64,000 bases of DNA from an uncultured Bifidobacterium sp. (GTDB lineage: Bacteria; Actinomycetota; Acidimicrobiia; Acidimicrobiales; Ilumatobacteraceae), in assembly GCA_964653385.1 (NCBI GenBank), contig CAZZFB010000001.1, positions 3,523 to 67,522 of the forward strand. The letters are read 5' to 3'. Below are positions 1 to 9,459 of this stretch, one piece after another. Each line of letters opens with the position of its first letter. Positions within the stretch are counted from its first letter, which is position 1. Below the pieces are notes generated by a model. It saw only the letters and a program-made list of their open reading frames with translations. It made no database searches and was not told the origin of the DNA. Both the position numbers and the translations under genes were made by a program.

Positions 1-2
1 GG

Positions 3-611
3 CTGCACGGGGGCATCGGGAAGGGGCTGCAGAACCACCCGACCGTCACGTTCTCCGTGCCGCGCCCGGACGCGGACCTCGGCCGCTTCGATGCGTGCGT
101 CGTCATGGACATGACCGAGGGGCCGGCAGTGGGACTGGTCGTGGCGTACGAGCGCATGTCGGGCACCGACGCGTCGTCCGGAATGGTCACGCTGTCGCTG
201 CTGAACCCGGTGTCGCGCGGTGCCGTCACCGCGGACGAGGTTGACTTCGCGTTGCTCCACGCGGACAGTGATGCAGCGGCCCTGCTCGCTCTCGTGAGGG
301 CGTTCCTCCGGTCAGCGGGCAGGTCCGGCATGGAGGGTCTCCGGGACTCGCGGGGGGCGGACGCCATGGACATCCTCTCCATGAAGGACGGGACGGCCCT
401 CGAGTGGCTCCGCGGGCACGTGCACGCCGTCTCCCACGCCACATCCTCCTGTGCCTCGGCCGTGCTTCCCGGGGGGCTGCTCGCAGGCACCGGGAACGTG
501 ACCGTCGCCGATGCATCCGTGCTCCCGGGCGTCCCGCACGAGACCCCCGCCGCGTCTGTCACAATCATGGCGCGCCGCATCGCCGCGGCGCTGGGGGAGG
601 ACCTGCCATGA
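3..611 (+). CDS. GMC-family (choline dehydrogenase-like) oxidoreductase, C-terminal fragment; 5' end outside window
   Basis: Frame is open from base 3 (LHGGIGKGLQNHPTVTFSV...). The tail HAVSHATSSCA...VADASVLPGVPHETPAASVTIMARRIA matches the GMC C-terminal region. Stop overlaps the next start (ATGA 608-611). Confidence 0.75.
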   Translation: MHGGIGKGLQNHPTVTFSVPRPDADLGRFDACVVMDMTEGPAVGLVVAYERMSGTDASSGMVTLSLLNPVSRGAVTADEVDFALLHADSDAAALLALVRAFLRSAGRSGMEGLRDSRGADAMDILSMKDGTALEWLRGHVHAVSHATSSCASAVLPGGLLAGTGNVTVADASVLPGVPHETPAASVTIMARRIAAALGEDLP

Positions 612-1534
612 ACTACACGCTCGGCCTGCACGAGGTGGCCCCCGGGACCCATGCCTGGCTCCAGCCGGACGGCGGCTGGGGCTGGTCGAACGCCGGTCTC
701 GTCGTCGGCGACGGCGTGTCGCTGCTCGTCGACACCCTCTTCGACCTCAAGATCACCCAGCGGATGCTCGACGCGATGGCCGTGCACACGTCCGCCGCGC
801 CGATCTCCTCGGTGGTCAACACCCACGCGAACGGCGACCACTGCTACGGGAACTGGCTGGTGCGCGACGCGGACATCATCGCCTCGGCGGCCACCGCGCA
901 CGAGATGAAGGAGGTGCCGCCCTCGATGCTCGCCGCACTCAACGAGGCACCTGGCGACATCGGTGACCTCTTCCGGCACTTCTTCGGGGAGTTCGAGTTC
1001 GGCGGCATCGAGCCGGTCCTCCCCACCACGACGTTCTCCGGGCGTCACTCGTTCGACGTGGGAGGGCGCCGCGTCGACCTCGTGGAGGTCGGCCCGGCCC
1101 ACACGGCAGGTGACACCATCGTGTTCGTGCCCGATGCCCGCACGGTGTACACGGGCGACATCCTCTTCATAGGGGGCACGCCGATCGTGTGGGCCGGCCC
1201 GCTCGACAACTGGATCGCCGCGTGTGACCTCATCAACGCCGCGGATGTCGACACGATCGTGCCGGGGCACGGCCCCGTCACGGACAAGTCCGGGGTCACC
1301 GCCGTGCGCGACTACCTGGCGTACGTGCGCGACGAGGCGACGCAGCGCTTCGAGGGAGGCATGGACGCCTGGGACGCGGCCCGCGACATCGCGCTGAACG
1401 GCTTCGGTTCGTGGGGGGAGACCGGCCGCATCGCCGTCAACGTGGACACCGTGTACAGGTCACTCGACCCGGCGCACCGCAGCCCGGACGTGGTGGAGCA
1501 GTTCAGGCGGATGTTCGCCCTGGAGAACCGCTGA
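608..1534 (+). CDS. MBL-fold metallo-hydrolase
   Basis: Internal start MNYTLGLHEV of track ORF 404..1534, chosen because ATG 608 overlaps the upstream stop. Metal-binding motif variant THANGDHCYGN, with later HTAGD and PGHGP. Confidence 0.8.
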   Translation: MNYTLGLHEVAPGTHAWLQPDGGWGWSNAGLVVGDGVSLLVDTLFDLKITQRMLDAMAVHTSAAPISSVVNTHANGDHCYGNWLVRDADIIASAATAHEMKEVPPSMLAALNEAPGDIGDLFRHFFGEFEFGGIEPVLPTTTFSGRHSFDVGGRRVDLVEVGPAHTAGDTIVFVPDARTVYTGDILFIGGTPIVWAGPLDNWIAACDLINAADVDTIVPGHGPVTDKSGVTAVRDYLAYVRDEATQRFEGGMDAWDAARDIALNGFGSWGETGRIAVNVDTVYRSLDPAHRSPDVVEQFRRMFALENR

Positions 1535-2264
1535 CCGGCGCACCGGCGCGCCACTTGCGCCGCACGACCACGACCCATCCGGCGACCGCAACGAGGCTGA
1601 AGAACGACCACTGGAACACGTACGACCGGTGCGAACCCTCTGACAGTTCGGGGAACGCGACCGGTGCGGGCCAGTCGGCACCTGAGGGTGGCGTCTCGGC
1701 AACTAGCTGCAGGTAGAGCGGGAAGACAGTGCCGTCGAATTTGCGCGCGATGAGAGGGACGTCGATGCGCTGGAACTCGACCGTTGCGGGGTCAGTGGAG
1801 TCCACCGCGCCGAGGGTGCCCCGCGTCTGGGTGACCCTCAGGTAGCCGACCGCAGTGACGGGAGCCGAAGGCACCGGGCTGTCCGGTGCCGTCGCCAGGG
1901 GGACGAAACCACGATTGACGAGCACGATGCCTAGCCCGTCCGTGCGGAGGGGGACCAACTGGTCGTAACCGGCGGCGCCGTTGCTGCTGCGGTTCACGAT
2001 CGTCACCGTGCCCCCGGCGTCGTACGTGCCCGGGACGGACACACGACGCCACTCGACGGAGGAGGGGGACCCGGCGGCGGTCCCCGCCAGGTCTGCCAGG
2101 GGCACGACCGGCTCCTGGGATCTCACCGACACCGTGGCGTTGAACGCACGGCGCTCGTCGAGGCGTCTGGCCTGCCACAGGGCGAAGTTCACCATCAAGG
2201 CGACCAGTGCGGTGATGCCCACGTGAAAGAGGATCCAACGCGGTCGCAGCAAGCCCCTCAGCAC
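1503..2264 (-). CDS. SURF1/Shy1-like cytochrome oxidase assembly protein
   Basis: Track ORF of 253 aa with a GTG start. N-terminal TM helix followed by LWQARRL, and a C-terminal TM helix FFSLVAVAGWVVVV, which is the typical SURF1 architecture. Confidence 0.7.
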   Translation of the reverse strand: MLRGLLRPRWILFHVGITALVALMVNFALWQARRLDERRAFNATVSVRSQEPVVPLADLAGTAAGSPSSVEWRRVSVPGTYDAGGTVTIVNRSSNGAAGYDQLVPLRTDGLGIVLVNRGFVPLATAPDSPVPSAPVTAVGYLRVTQTRGTLGAVDSTDPATVEFQRIDVPLIARKFDGTVFPLYLQLVAETPPSGADWPAPVAFPELSEGSHRSYVFQWSFFSLVAVAGWVVVVRRKWRAGAPVSGSPGRTSA

Positions 2265-2309
2265 GCGACAACGCTACTCCCGGGCGGCCGTGCGGCTACC
2301 GTCACGTGC

Positions 2310-3371
2310 GTGGGGAACAGGGAGTACACGGCGGGGAACATCGACTCCGCATTCTTCAGCGAGGTCTTCGGCACGGAGGTGACGGTCGGCGAGCCCGTGC
2401 GGATCGGCTCGGGCCAGGTGGGCATGAACCTGCGGTTCGCCGCCCGCAGCGCGGACCCGCGTGTGCCCTCCTCGGTCGTCGTGAAACTGGCCTCACCGGA
2501 CGAGACGAGCCGGGCGACCGGCATGGCGCTGCGCAACTACGAGCGCGAGGTGAAGTTCTACAGGGAGATCCAGCCCACCGTCGACATCCGCGTGCCGCAC
2601 TGCCACTTCGCCGACTGGAACGAGACCACGGGGTACTTCGTGCTCGTGATGGAGGACATGGCGCCCGCGGAGCAGGGTGACCAGATCCTCGGGTGCACGC
2701 CGGCCGAGGCGGCCGTGGCGATCGACGAGCTCGCGAGGCTCCACGGTCCCCGTTGGAACGACGACACCCTCTTCGCTGTCGACTGGATGGAACGGCGAGT
2801 GTCCCGCGAGGACGGCGAGAGGCTCGCGGGGCTCGTGTCCATGTTCCTCCCCGGCTTCGCGGACACTCTCGGCGAGCGCGTGCAGGAGGAGACCGGCGGT
2901 GCGGGCATGGGGTTCCTCTCGGAGATGGCGCAGGGCATCGTGGAGTACGTGGAGGCCAAGGGGCCAGCGTTCTGCGTCACCCACGGCGACTACCGGCTGG
3001 ACAACATCCTGTTCCACCGGTCCACTGACGGCCTCTCCTGCGCTGTCGTCGACTGGCAGACGCCGGGGCACGGCAACGGCATCGCGGACCTCGCGTACTT
3101 CATCGGTGCGGGGCTGCTCCCCGCGGAGCGGCGCGCCCACGAGTGGGATCTCGTGGACAGGTACGTGGCGGGCATCGAGCGTTACGGGCACAAGGTGGAC
3201 CGGCAATGGGTGGAGCACCACTACCGCCGCGAGGCGATCAGCGGTGCCGTCATGGCCGTGGTCGCGTCGCAGATCGTGGGGCGCACCGAGCGCGGCGACG
3301 AGATGTTCGTGGCGATGGCCGCCCGCCATGCACTCCAGGGAATGGAGAACGGGGCCCTGTCGCAGCTGTGA
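2310..3371 (+). CDS. Phosphotransferase-family kinase (APH/choline-kinase-like fold)
   Basis: Catalytic loop HGDYRLDNILF and VVDWQT (Mg-binding D) in track ORF 2223..3371. I moved the start to GTG 2310 because the 2223 start would overlap the divergent SURF1 5' end. The start is uncertain. Confidence 0.7.
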   Translation: MGNREYTAGNIDSAFFSEVFGTEVTVGEPVRIGSGQVGMNLRFAARSADPRVPSSVVVKLASPDETSRATGMALRNYEREVKFYREIQPTVDIRVPHCHFADWNETTGYFVLVMEDMAPAEQGDQILGCTPAEAAVAIDELARLHGPRWNDDTLFAVDWMERRVSREDGERLAGLVSMFLPGFADTLGERVQEETGGAGMGFLSEMAQGIVEYVEAKGPAFCVTHGDYRLDNILFHRSTDGLSCAVVDWQTPGHGNGIADLAYFIGAGLLPAERRAHEWDLVDRYVAGIERYGHKVDRQWVEHHYRREAISGAVMAVVASQIVGRTERGDEMFVAMAARHALQGMENGALSQL

Positions 3372-3534
3372 ACAGCGCGACGGAGACCCCGTCTGTTGCT
3401 CCAACTCCGCCCGCTGGAACGCCGCGAACGGTATCGCTCCCCGGGCCGAACGGCAACCCCGCTGGTGACCGTGCGCACCCTTGCTTGCTAGCGTTTCGCC
3501 ATCCGTCGGGGGACGGGCTCACACACGGGGGAAC

Positions 3535-5163
3535 ATGATGACCGTCTGGAACTACGGAAACCTGCTGCGCGGCATCGCCGAGAAGGACCCGGGCCGCACC
3601 GCCCAGGTGTTCGGCGACAAGAAGTACACGTGGGGCGAGTTCCACGACAGGTCGAACGCACTCGCCGTGGACATGGTGGAGGCGGGCCTCGGCCACCAGG
3701 CGAAGGTCGCCCACTACATGTACAACTGTCCCGAGTACCTCGAGGGCACGCTCGCGTCCTGGCTGGGCGGGTACGTGCCGTTCAACGTGAACTACCGGTA
3801 CGGCCCCGAGGAGGTCTTCTACCTCTTCGACAACGCCGATGCCGAGGCCGTCATCTTCCACGGTGCGTTCGCCGGCCTGATCGACCAGGTCCGCGGCCGC
3901 CTGCCGCTCGTGAAGCGCTGGTACATGGTCCCCGACGCGGAGAACTCCGTGGTGCCGGCGTGGGCGCTCGACTACAACGCGGTCGTGGCGGGGAAGAAGG
4001 CACCCGTGGTGCCGGTGGCCGAGCGCTCCGGCGACGACCTGCTGTTCCTGTACACCGGCGGGACGACCGGCATGCCCAAGGGTGTGATGTGGCGCCAGGA
4101 GGACCTGTTCGCGGTCCTCGGATTCGGTGCGAACGCCCTCTACGGCGTGGCCCCGGGTGAGTCCGTGCAGGCACTCGTCGACCGTGTGAACCCGGAGTGG
4201 CCGTGCCTGCGCGCGTACGTGGCCTGCCCGCTCATGCACGGCACGGGCCTCTTCTCGTCGTTCATCGCGCTGGCGACCGCGGGCTGCATCGTGACCAACC
4301 CGAACCGTTCGTTCAGTGCGACCGAACTGCTCGACATCGTGGAGCGCGAGAAGGTGAACACGATCGTGATCGTCGGCCAGGCCTTCGCCGGGCCGATCCT
4401 GGAGGCGCTCGACGCCAACCCGGGCCGGTGGGACCTGTCGAGCGTCGGCCAGATGGGTTCGTCGGGCGTCATGTGGAGCCAGGAGAACAAGAACGGGCTG
4501 CTCGAGCACATCCCGCAGATGGCCATCACCGACAGCTTCGGCTCGTCCGAGGCCGTGGGCATGGGTGCCTCGGTCGCGGTGAAGGGCGCCGCGCCGACCA
4601 CGGCCAAGTTCCAGCTCGGCCCGAACTGCGTGGTCTTCAAGGAGGACGGCACGCGCGTCCAGCCCGGCAGCGGCGAGCGCGGCCTCGTGGCCGTCGGCGG
4701 CGCGATCCCGCTCGGCTACTACAAGGACGAGAAGAAGACGGCCGAGACGTTCCGCATCTTCGAGGGGCGCCGCTGGACGGTGCCCGGCGACTGGGCCGAG
4801 GTGAACGAGGACGGCACGCTGACGCTGCTCGGCCGCGGCTCGGTCTGCATCAACACCGGCGGCGAGAAGGTCTTCCCCGAGGAGGTCGAGGAGTGCCTGA
4901 AGACGCATGCCGGTGTCCGCGACGCGGTGGCCGTGGGAATCCCCGACGCCCGTTTCGGCGAGACGATCTGTGCCGTGGTCGAGCCGGAGCCCGGTTCGTC
5001 ACCCACGCTGGAGGAGCTGTCGGCCCACGTGAAGTCGCGCCTGGCGGCCTACAAGGCGCCGCGCAACCTCGTCATCGTGGACACCATCGGGCGCGCACCG
5101 AACGGCAAGGTGGACTACAAGCGGCTGAAGCAGCACTCCATGGACACCCTCGGGGTGAAGTGA
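3535..5163 (+). CDS. AMP-dependent acyl-CoA synthetase/ligase
   Basis: AMP-binding motif LYTGGTTGMPKGV and C-terminal GKVDYKRL. ATG 3535 (MMTVWNYGNLL) is preceded by GGGGGAA, whereas the track start is TTG 3481. Confidence 0.85.
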   Translation: MMTVWNYGNLLRGIAEKDPGRTAQVFGDKKYTWGEFHDRSNALAVDMVEAGLGHQAKVAHYMYNCPEYLEGTLASWLGGYVPFNVNYRYGPEEVFYLFDNADAEAVIFHGAFAGLIDQVRGRLPLVKRWYMVPDAENSVVPAWALDYNAVVAGKKAPVVPVAERSGDDLLFLYTGGTTGMPKGVMWRQEDLFAVLGFGANALYGVAPGESVQALVDRVNPEWPCLRAYVACPLMHGTGLFSSFIALATAGCIVTNPNRSFSATELLDIVEREKVNTIVIVGQAFAGPILEALDANPGRWDLSSVGQMGSSGVMWSQENKNGLLEHIPQMAITDSFGSSEAVGMGASVAVKGAAPTTAKFQLGPNCVVFKEDGTRVQPGSGERGLVAVGGAIPLGYYKDEKKTAETFRIFEGRRWTVPGDWAEVNEDGTLTLLGRGSVCINTGGEKVFPEEVEECLKTHAGVRDAVAVGIPDARFGETICAVVEPEPGSSPTLEELSAHVKSRLAAYKAPRNLVIVDTIGRAPNGKVDYKRLKQHSMDTLGVK

Positions 5164-6020
5164 GCAGAGCGGAGTCGTTGCGCAGCCGCATCGATGAGTC
5201 CGGCCCCGTGCTGATGCCCGGGGTGTGGGACCCGCTGTCCGCGCTCCTCGCCGAACGTGCCGGTTTCGGCACCGTCTTCCTCTCCGGCTTCGCCCTGAGT
5301 GGCACGCACCTGGGCGAACCGGACATCGGCATCATCGGCCAGGCAGATATGGCTGACGCCGCCCGCCGCGTGTGCAGCGCGGTGCCGGGGCTGGAGGTGG
5401 TCGTGGATGCCGACACCGGTTACGGCGGCACGTCATCGGTGGCGCGCACGGTGGAGCTGTGGGAGCAGGCCGGCGCGGCGGGGATGTTCCTGGAGGACCA
5501 GGAGTGGCCGAAGAAGTGCGGCCACATGGAGGGCAAGCGCGTGGTCGAGCGCGACGAGTGGCTCTCGAAACTGCGCACCGCGCTGCGCACGCGCAGCAAC
5601 CTCCACGTCACCGCCCGCACCGACGCGCGCGCCGTGGTGTCGCTGGACGAGGCCATCACCCGCGGGAAGATGGCTGCGGACCTCGGGGTCGACGCCGTGT
5701 TCGTGGAGGCACCGCAGTCCGTGGCCGAGATGGAAGCCATCGCCGCCGCGCTGCCGGGCGTCCGACTGGTCGCCAACATGGTCGAGAAGGGCAAGACGCC
5801 CCTCCTCACACCCGTGGAACTGGGGGAGCTCGGCTTCTCTCTGATCGTGTCGCCCCTGTCCGGCCTGCTCGCCATGACGAAGGCACTGGGGGATGCGTAC
5901 GCCCGGTTGCGGGCACTCGGGACCATGCGGGACGGCCTGGGGGACATGGCCGGCTTCGACGAGTTCACGGACCTCGTGGGCCTGCCGAAACACCTCGCCA
6001 ACGAGTCGACAGACCGCTAG
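5160..6020 (+). CDS. Isocitrate lyase/PEP mutase superfamily enzyme (methylisocitrate lyase / carboxyvinyl-carboxyphosphonate phosphorylmutase-like)
   Basis: DADTGYGG and the EDQEWPKKCGH signature (K-K-C-G-H). GTG 5160 overlaps the upstream TGA (5161-5163). The N-terminal part of track ORF 4197..6020 is an out-of-frame shadow of the ligase gene. Confidence 0.8.
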   Translation: MSRAESLRSRIDESGPVLMPGVWDPLSALLAERAGFGTVFLSGFALSGTHLGEPDIGIIGQADMADAARRVCSAVPGLEVVVDADTGYGGTSSVARTVELWEQAGAAGMFLEDQEWPKKCGHMEGKRVVERDEWLSKLRTALRTRSNLHVTARTDARAVVSLDEAITRGKMAADLGVDAVFVEAPQSVAEMEAIAAALPGVRLVANMVEKGKTPLLTPVELGELGFSLIVSPLSGLLAMTKALGDAYARLRALGTMRDGLGDMAGFDEFTDLVGLPKHLANESTDR

Positions 6021-6027
6021 TCTTCAC

Positions 6028-6186
6028 GGAGCATTAAGAGAGACCGACAGGTCCGGCAACCGGGGTTCACGCCGCACGGTGCCTTCCCGCGAGAGCGGGG
6101 GATGTGGTCCCGCAGCCAGCGGGGCAACAGGGGCGTGCTCTCCCGGTGCAACGGACACACGGCCACGCGCCCGCACGGAAGGAGAC
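6028..6186 (+). promoter_or_regulatory. Probable SAM riboswitch (SAM-I/SAM-IV core type) in the metX leader
   Basis: The 166-nt leader contains, in order, UUAAGAGA, the hairpin GACC-GACA-GGUC, CCGGCAACC and ACGGUGCC, which are the conserved strings of the SAM-I/IV binding core. It also has a CCCGC-GAGA-GCGGG hairpin. CUCUCC (6138-6143) is complementary to the SD GGAGA (6181-6185). Confidence 0.55.
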
Positions 6187-7377
6187 ATGGTGACGGCACA
6201 GACCCAGCACGGCAACGCCCCTATTCCTGCCTCCGGTGCGTGGACACCCGACCAGCCGGCGGGGAACCGCCGGTTCCATCACTTCGCCACGACCCGGCCC
6301 TTCACGCTCGAGAGCGGGGGCCAGCTCACCGACGTCACGACCGCCTACGAGACGTGGGGCGCCCTGAACGACGCTGCCTCGAACGCTGTGCTCGTGTGCC
6401 ACGCATGGACCGGGGACAGTCATGCCGCGGGTCCCGCAGGTCCCGGCCACCCCACCCCCGGCTGGTGGGAGGGGCTCATCGGCCCGGGCAAGCCGATCGA
6501 CACGGACAGGTACTTCGTGGTGTGCGCGAACGTGCTCGGCGGCTGCCAGGGCACCACGGGCCCGGCGTCCCCCGACCCGTCGGACGGCAGGCCGTACGCG
6601 CTGCGGTTCCCCGTGGTCACGATCCGCGACATGGTGCGCGCGCAGGCGCTGCTCGCCGACTCGCTCGGCATCGCCCGCTGGCACGCGGTGGTCGGCGGTT
6701 CGATGGGCGGCATGCAGGTTCTCGAGTGGGCGATCATGTTCCCCCAGCGGGTCGGCGCTGTGGTGCCGATCGCGACGTGCGCCGAGGCGAGCGCACAGCA
6801 GATCGCGTGGGGATCCATCGGACGGCGCGCCCTGCTCATGGACCCGAAGTGGAACGACGGCGACTACTACGGGGCCGCGGACGACGAGGGGCCGTGGCAC
6901 GGCCTCGCGGTGGCGCGGATGATCGCCCAGGTCACGTTCCGCACGGACAACAAGTTCAGCGAGAGGTTCGGGCGGCGGCTCGCGAACAAGAACTTCCATG
7001 ACGACGGGCTGGACCTGCTCTCGAAGTTCGAGGTGGAGGGATACCTCGACCACCACGGGGACCGTCTCGTCCGCAGGTTCGACGCGAACAGCTACCTCTA
7101 CATCGGCAAGGCGATGGACCTCCACGACGTCGGCCGCGGGCGCGGCGGCGTGGCGCGCGCCATGTCGCGCATCACCGCCCCGTCACTGACGATCGGCATC
7201 AGCAGCGACATCCTCTACCCCGCGTACCAGCAGGAGACGATCCACGCGCACATCACGAACGGCGACCCGCGGAACAGGTACGTGGAGATCGACAGCGACG
7301 AGGGCCACGACGGTTTCCTCATCGCGACACAGCAGGTCGGTGGCGAGGTGGCGGCGTTCCTCTCCGGGCTGGACTGA
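6187..7377 (+). CDS. metX: Homoserine O-acetyltransferase
   Basis: FTLESGGQL...AYETWGALN...VLVCHAWTGDSHAAG and the nucleophile elbow GGSMGGMQ. ATG 6187 follows GGAAGGAGA. Confidence 0.9.
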   Translation: MVTAQTQHGNAPIPASGAWTPDQPAGNRRFHHFATTRPFTLESGGQLTDVTTAYETWGALNDAASNAVLVCHAWTGDSHAAGPAGPGHPTPGWWEGLIGPGKPIDTDRYFVVCANVLGGCQGTTGPASPDPSDGRPYALRFPVVTIRDMVRAQALLADSLGIARWHAVVGGSMGGMQVLEWAIMFPQRVGAVVPIATCAEASAQQIAWGSIGRRALLMDPKWNDGDYYGAADDEGPWHGLAVARMIAQVTFRTDNKFSERFGRRLANKNFHDDGLDLLSKFEVEGYLDHHGDRLVRRFDANSYLYIGKAMDLHDVGRGRGGVARAMSRITAPSLTIGISSDILYPAYQQETIHAHITNGDPRNRYVEIDSDEGHDGFLIATQQVGGEVAAFLSGLD

Positions 7378-7389
7378 GGCCGCCCGCGG

Positions 7390-7767
7390 TCATCGGGGGA
7401 GCATCGCGTCGAGCCGGGCCACGAGCGGGCTGCCCGCGGGGACGCGCAGTGCGACCATCGTCCCCCCGCGCAGGGAGTAGACCGCGTGGCCATGGTGGTC
7501 GTCGGCGACCTTCGCCTCCACCGTGTAGACGCCCGCCACGGCGCGCGAACCGGTGAACCCGGGCTGGAGGACCAGCGAGTCCCGGCCCACGCCGCCCCTC
7601 ACCGGTGCCCACCTGCCCGGCCGCCCGCCGCGCGCATCCAGCAGGCGAGCCCGTGCGATGAAACGCGAGCCGTCGCGGTCCACCCAATGGGGCTCGTGGC
7701 GACGTCCCCACCACACCAGGGCCGAGAGCACCGCGACGAAGAGTGCCGACGTGATGAAGTTCGCCAT
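7390..7767 (-). CDS. Hypothetical membrane-anchored protein (single N-terminal TM helix)
   Basis: Internal start MANFITSALFVAVLSALVWW of track ORF 7390..8010, 125 aa. Non-shadow-like composition. No motif I can name confidently. Confidence 0.5.
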   Translation of the reverse strand: MANFITSALFVAVLSALVWWGRRHEPHWVDRDGSRFIARARLLDARGGRPGRWAPVRGGVGRDSLVLQPGFTGSRAVAGVYTVEAKVADDHHGHAVYSLRGGTMVALRVPAGSPLVARLDAMLPR

Positions 7768-7816
7768 GCCACCCCTTGTCGGTCCCCGGGAACGCCCGCG
7801 TGAGAGAATAGGCGTG

Positions 7817-8260
7817 ATGTCCCCGATCGCACTGGTTGCCTCCGACATGCGCGTGAACGCACTCTCGCTCGCCATGATCGTCACGGGCATCGTGCTCTTC
7901 GTGGTGACGGTGCGGTTCTGGCGGTCGGCCGGCGAGGACCCTGAGGTCCTCGCCCCGCTCGAGGTCATGGGGGACCGCCGGTTCGCCCGTGCCGACGAGG
8001 AGGGGCGCATCGGGATCCTGAACTCGGTGAGGCCCGACGGCGCGGAGAGGATCGACCACGTGGAGGCGCCCGCGGTGCTCGACCACGAGCCGGCGCAGCA
8101 GCGCCGGCCGTTCCGCGACAGGTTCGACCACCGCGACGACGCCGTCGACGTGGTCGAGGAGGCACAGGCGGCGGAGGAGGAGGCCGGGAGGCCCTACGTG
8201 CCGCCGGTGATAGACCCGCTGCTCAGCCAGCAGCAGAACGAGAACAAGCAGGACAACTGA
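7817..8260 (+). CDS. Hypothetical membrane protein with acidic/Gln-rich C-terminal tail
   Basis: Internal start MSPIALVASDMRVNALSLAMIVTGIVLFVVTV of track ORF 7553..8260, containing one TM helix. Alternative starts are GTG 7814 or ATG 7847. Confidence 0.5.
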   Translation: MSPIALVASDMRVNALSLAMIVTGIVLFVVTVRFWRSAGEDPEVLAPLEVMGDRRFARADEEGRIGILNSVRPDGAERIDHVEAPAVLDHEPAQQRRPFRDRFDHRDDAVDVVEEAQAAEEEAGRPYVPPVIDPLLSQQQNENKQDN

Positions 8261-8270
8261 GGAGAAAGCA

Positions 8271-8489
8271 ATGGCAGCGTTCGACCCCAACGAGATGATC
8301 ACCCGGTTCCGGGACCGCGCCGCCGCGGTGCGCAAGCGTCCGCTGCCGCCGGTCGCGGGCGAGGAGCGCCAGCTCTTCATCGCCCAGGCCGAGACCGACT
8401 TCCGTGACTTCGCCATCATCGGCGATGCCGTCGCCACGCTCGAGGACGGCGTCCTCACTCTCCGCATCGACCTCAACCCCCCGAAGTGA
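8271..8489 (+). CDS. Small hypothetical protein (72 aa)
   Basis: ATG preceded by GGAGAAAGC. Stop overlaps the GTG of the next gene (GTGA at 8486-8489), implying translational coupling. Confidence 0.55.
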   Translation: MAAFDPNEMITRFRDRAAAVRKRPLPPVAGEERQLFIAQAETDFRDFAIIGDAVATLEDGVLTLRIDLNPPK

Positions 8490-9415
8490 CCCGCACCGGC
8501 CCGACGCTCCGGGACCGCGTGCGCGGCCGCGACGACATACACGTGATCGCGGCCGTGACGGCGGTGATGGCGTGGGGGATCGGGCCCATCCTCAACAAGT
8601 CGATGTCGGTGGGAACCCCGTCGATCGTCCTCACCCGCATGGTGCTCGGCGTGCCGATCATGGTTCTGATGGCGTACCGCTTCGGCGACGGCCTCTCCAG
8701 GGAACTGATGCGCCGCACCGCGCTGCCCGGCGTCCTCTTCGCGCTGTCGTTCATCTCCGGTTTCGCCGCCATCAAGATGACCTCGATCGCCAATGCCACG
8801 CTGATGAGCAACCTCCAGCCCGTGCTCGTGCTCTTCGTCGCCGGCCGTCTGTTCGGGGAGAGGCTGCGGGCGAGGCAGCTCGTCTACGGGGCGTCGTCGA
8901 TGGGCGGCGTGCTCATCGTCGTGCTCGCCGCCGCGTCCACCAGCGGCGCCCACGTGAGCGGCGACCTGATGGCCGCGGCAAACGTGGTCATCTGGACTGG
9001 CTACTTCCTGCTCGCCAAGCAGCAGAGGCTGGACGGCGTGGACTCGTGGTCCTTCCTCGCCGCGATCTTCGTGTGGGCCTCGGTCGTCGTCATCCCGTTC
9101 GGTCTCGTCGCCAGCAACGACCTCGGCCGCATCACCGCGCGCGACTGGCTGCTCGCGTTCGGCATGGCTATCGGCCCCGGTGTCGTCGGGCACGGTCTCA
9201 TGACGTGGTCGCAGAGCCACGTGGGTGTGTCGCTCGCGTCGATCCTCGGTCTGTTGAGCCCCGTCCTGTCGACCTCGCTCGCATGGGTCATCTTCGGGCA
9301 GTCCCTGACCCCGGTCCAGATGGCGGGCTCCGTGGTGGTGATCGTGTCGCTCGTGGCGCTCGTGCGGGAGCAGTCCGTTTCCGCGGTCCCGGCGGCCAAA
9401 CCAGCCGGATTGTGA
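8486..9415 (+). CDS. EamA/DMT-superfamily transporter
   Basis: About 10 predicted TM helices in two repeated halves, with the typical EamA pattern (IWGIGPI..., LGEsLt..Q..G..vv). Track ORF of 309 aa. Confidence 0.8.
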   Translation: MTRTGPTLRDRVRGRDDIHVIAAVTAVMAWGIGPILNKSMSVGTPSIVLTRMVLGVPIMVLMAYRFGDGLSRELMRRTALPGVLFALSFISGFAAIKMTSIANATLMSNLQPVLVLFVAGRLFGERLRARQLVYGASSMGGVLIVVLAAASTSGAHVSGDLMAAANVVIWTGYFLLAKQQRLDGVDSWSFLAAIFVWASVVVIPFGLVASNDLGRITARDWLLAFGMAIGPGVVGHGLMTWSQSHVGVSLASILGLLSPVLSTSLAWVIFGQSLTPVQMAGSVVVIVSLVALVREQSVSAVPAAKPAGL

Positions 9416-9459
9416 CCCGTTGCGGCGGCCCGATGCCTCGCTACAATGGGCGCACATAC

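Noticed and set aside
4197-6020. 607-aa ORF suggesting a larger fused protein ending in the ICL/PEP-mutase domain
   Set aside because: The first ~320 residues are an out-of-frame read of the acyl-CoA ligase gene (Arg/Gly/Pro-rich). A GTG at 5160 overlapping the ligase stop gives a normal 286-aa ICL-family protein.
7319-9457. 712-aa minus-strand ORF spanning the metX end, three small genes, the EamA gene and up to tRNA-Gly
   Set aside because: The composition is extremely Arg/Gly/His/Pro/Asp-rich with no recognisable motif. It is antisense to ORFs with clear features (EamA TM repeats, coupled starts). This is a typical high-GC shadow ORF.
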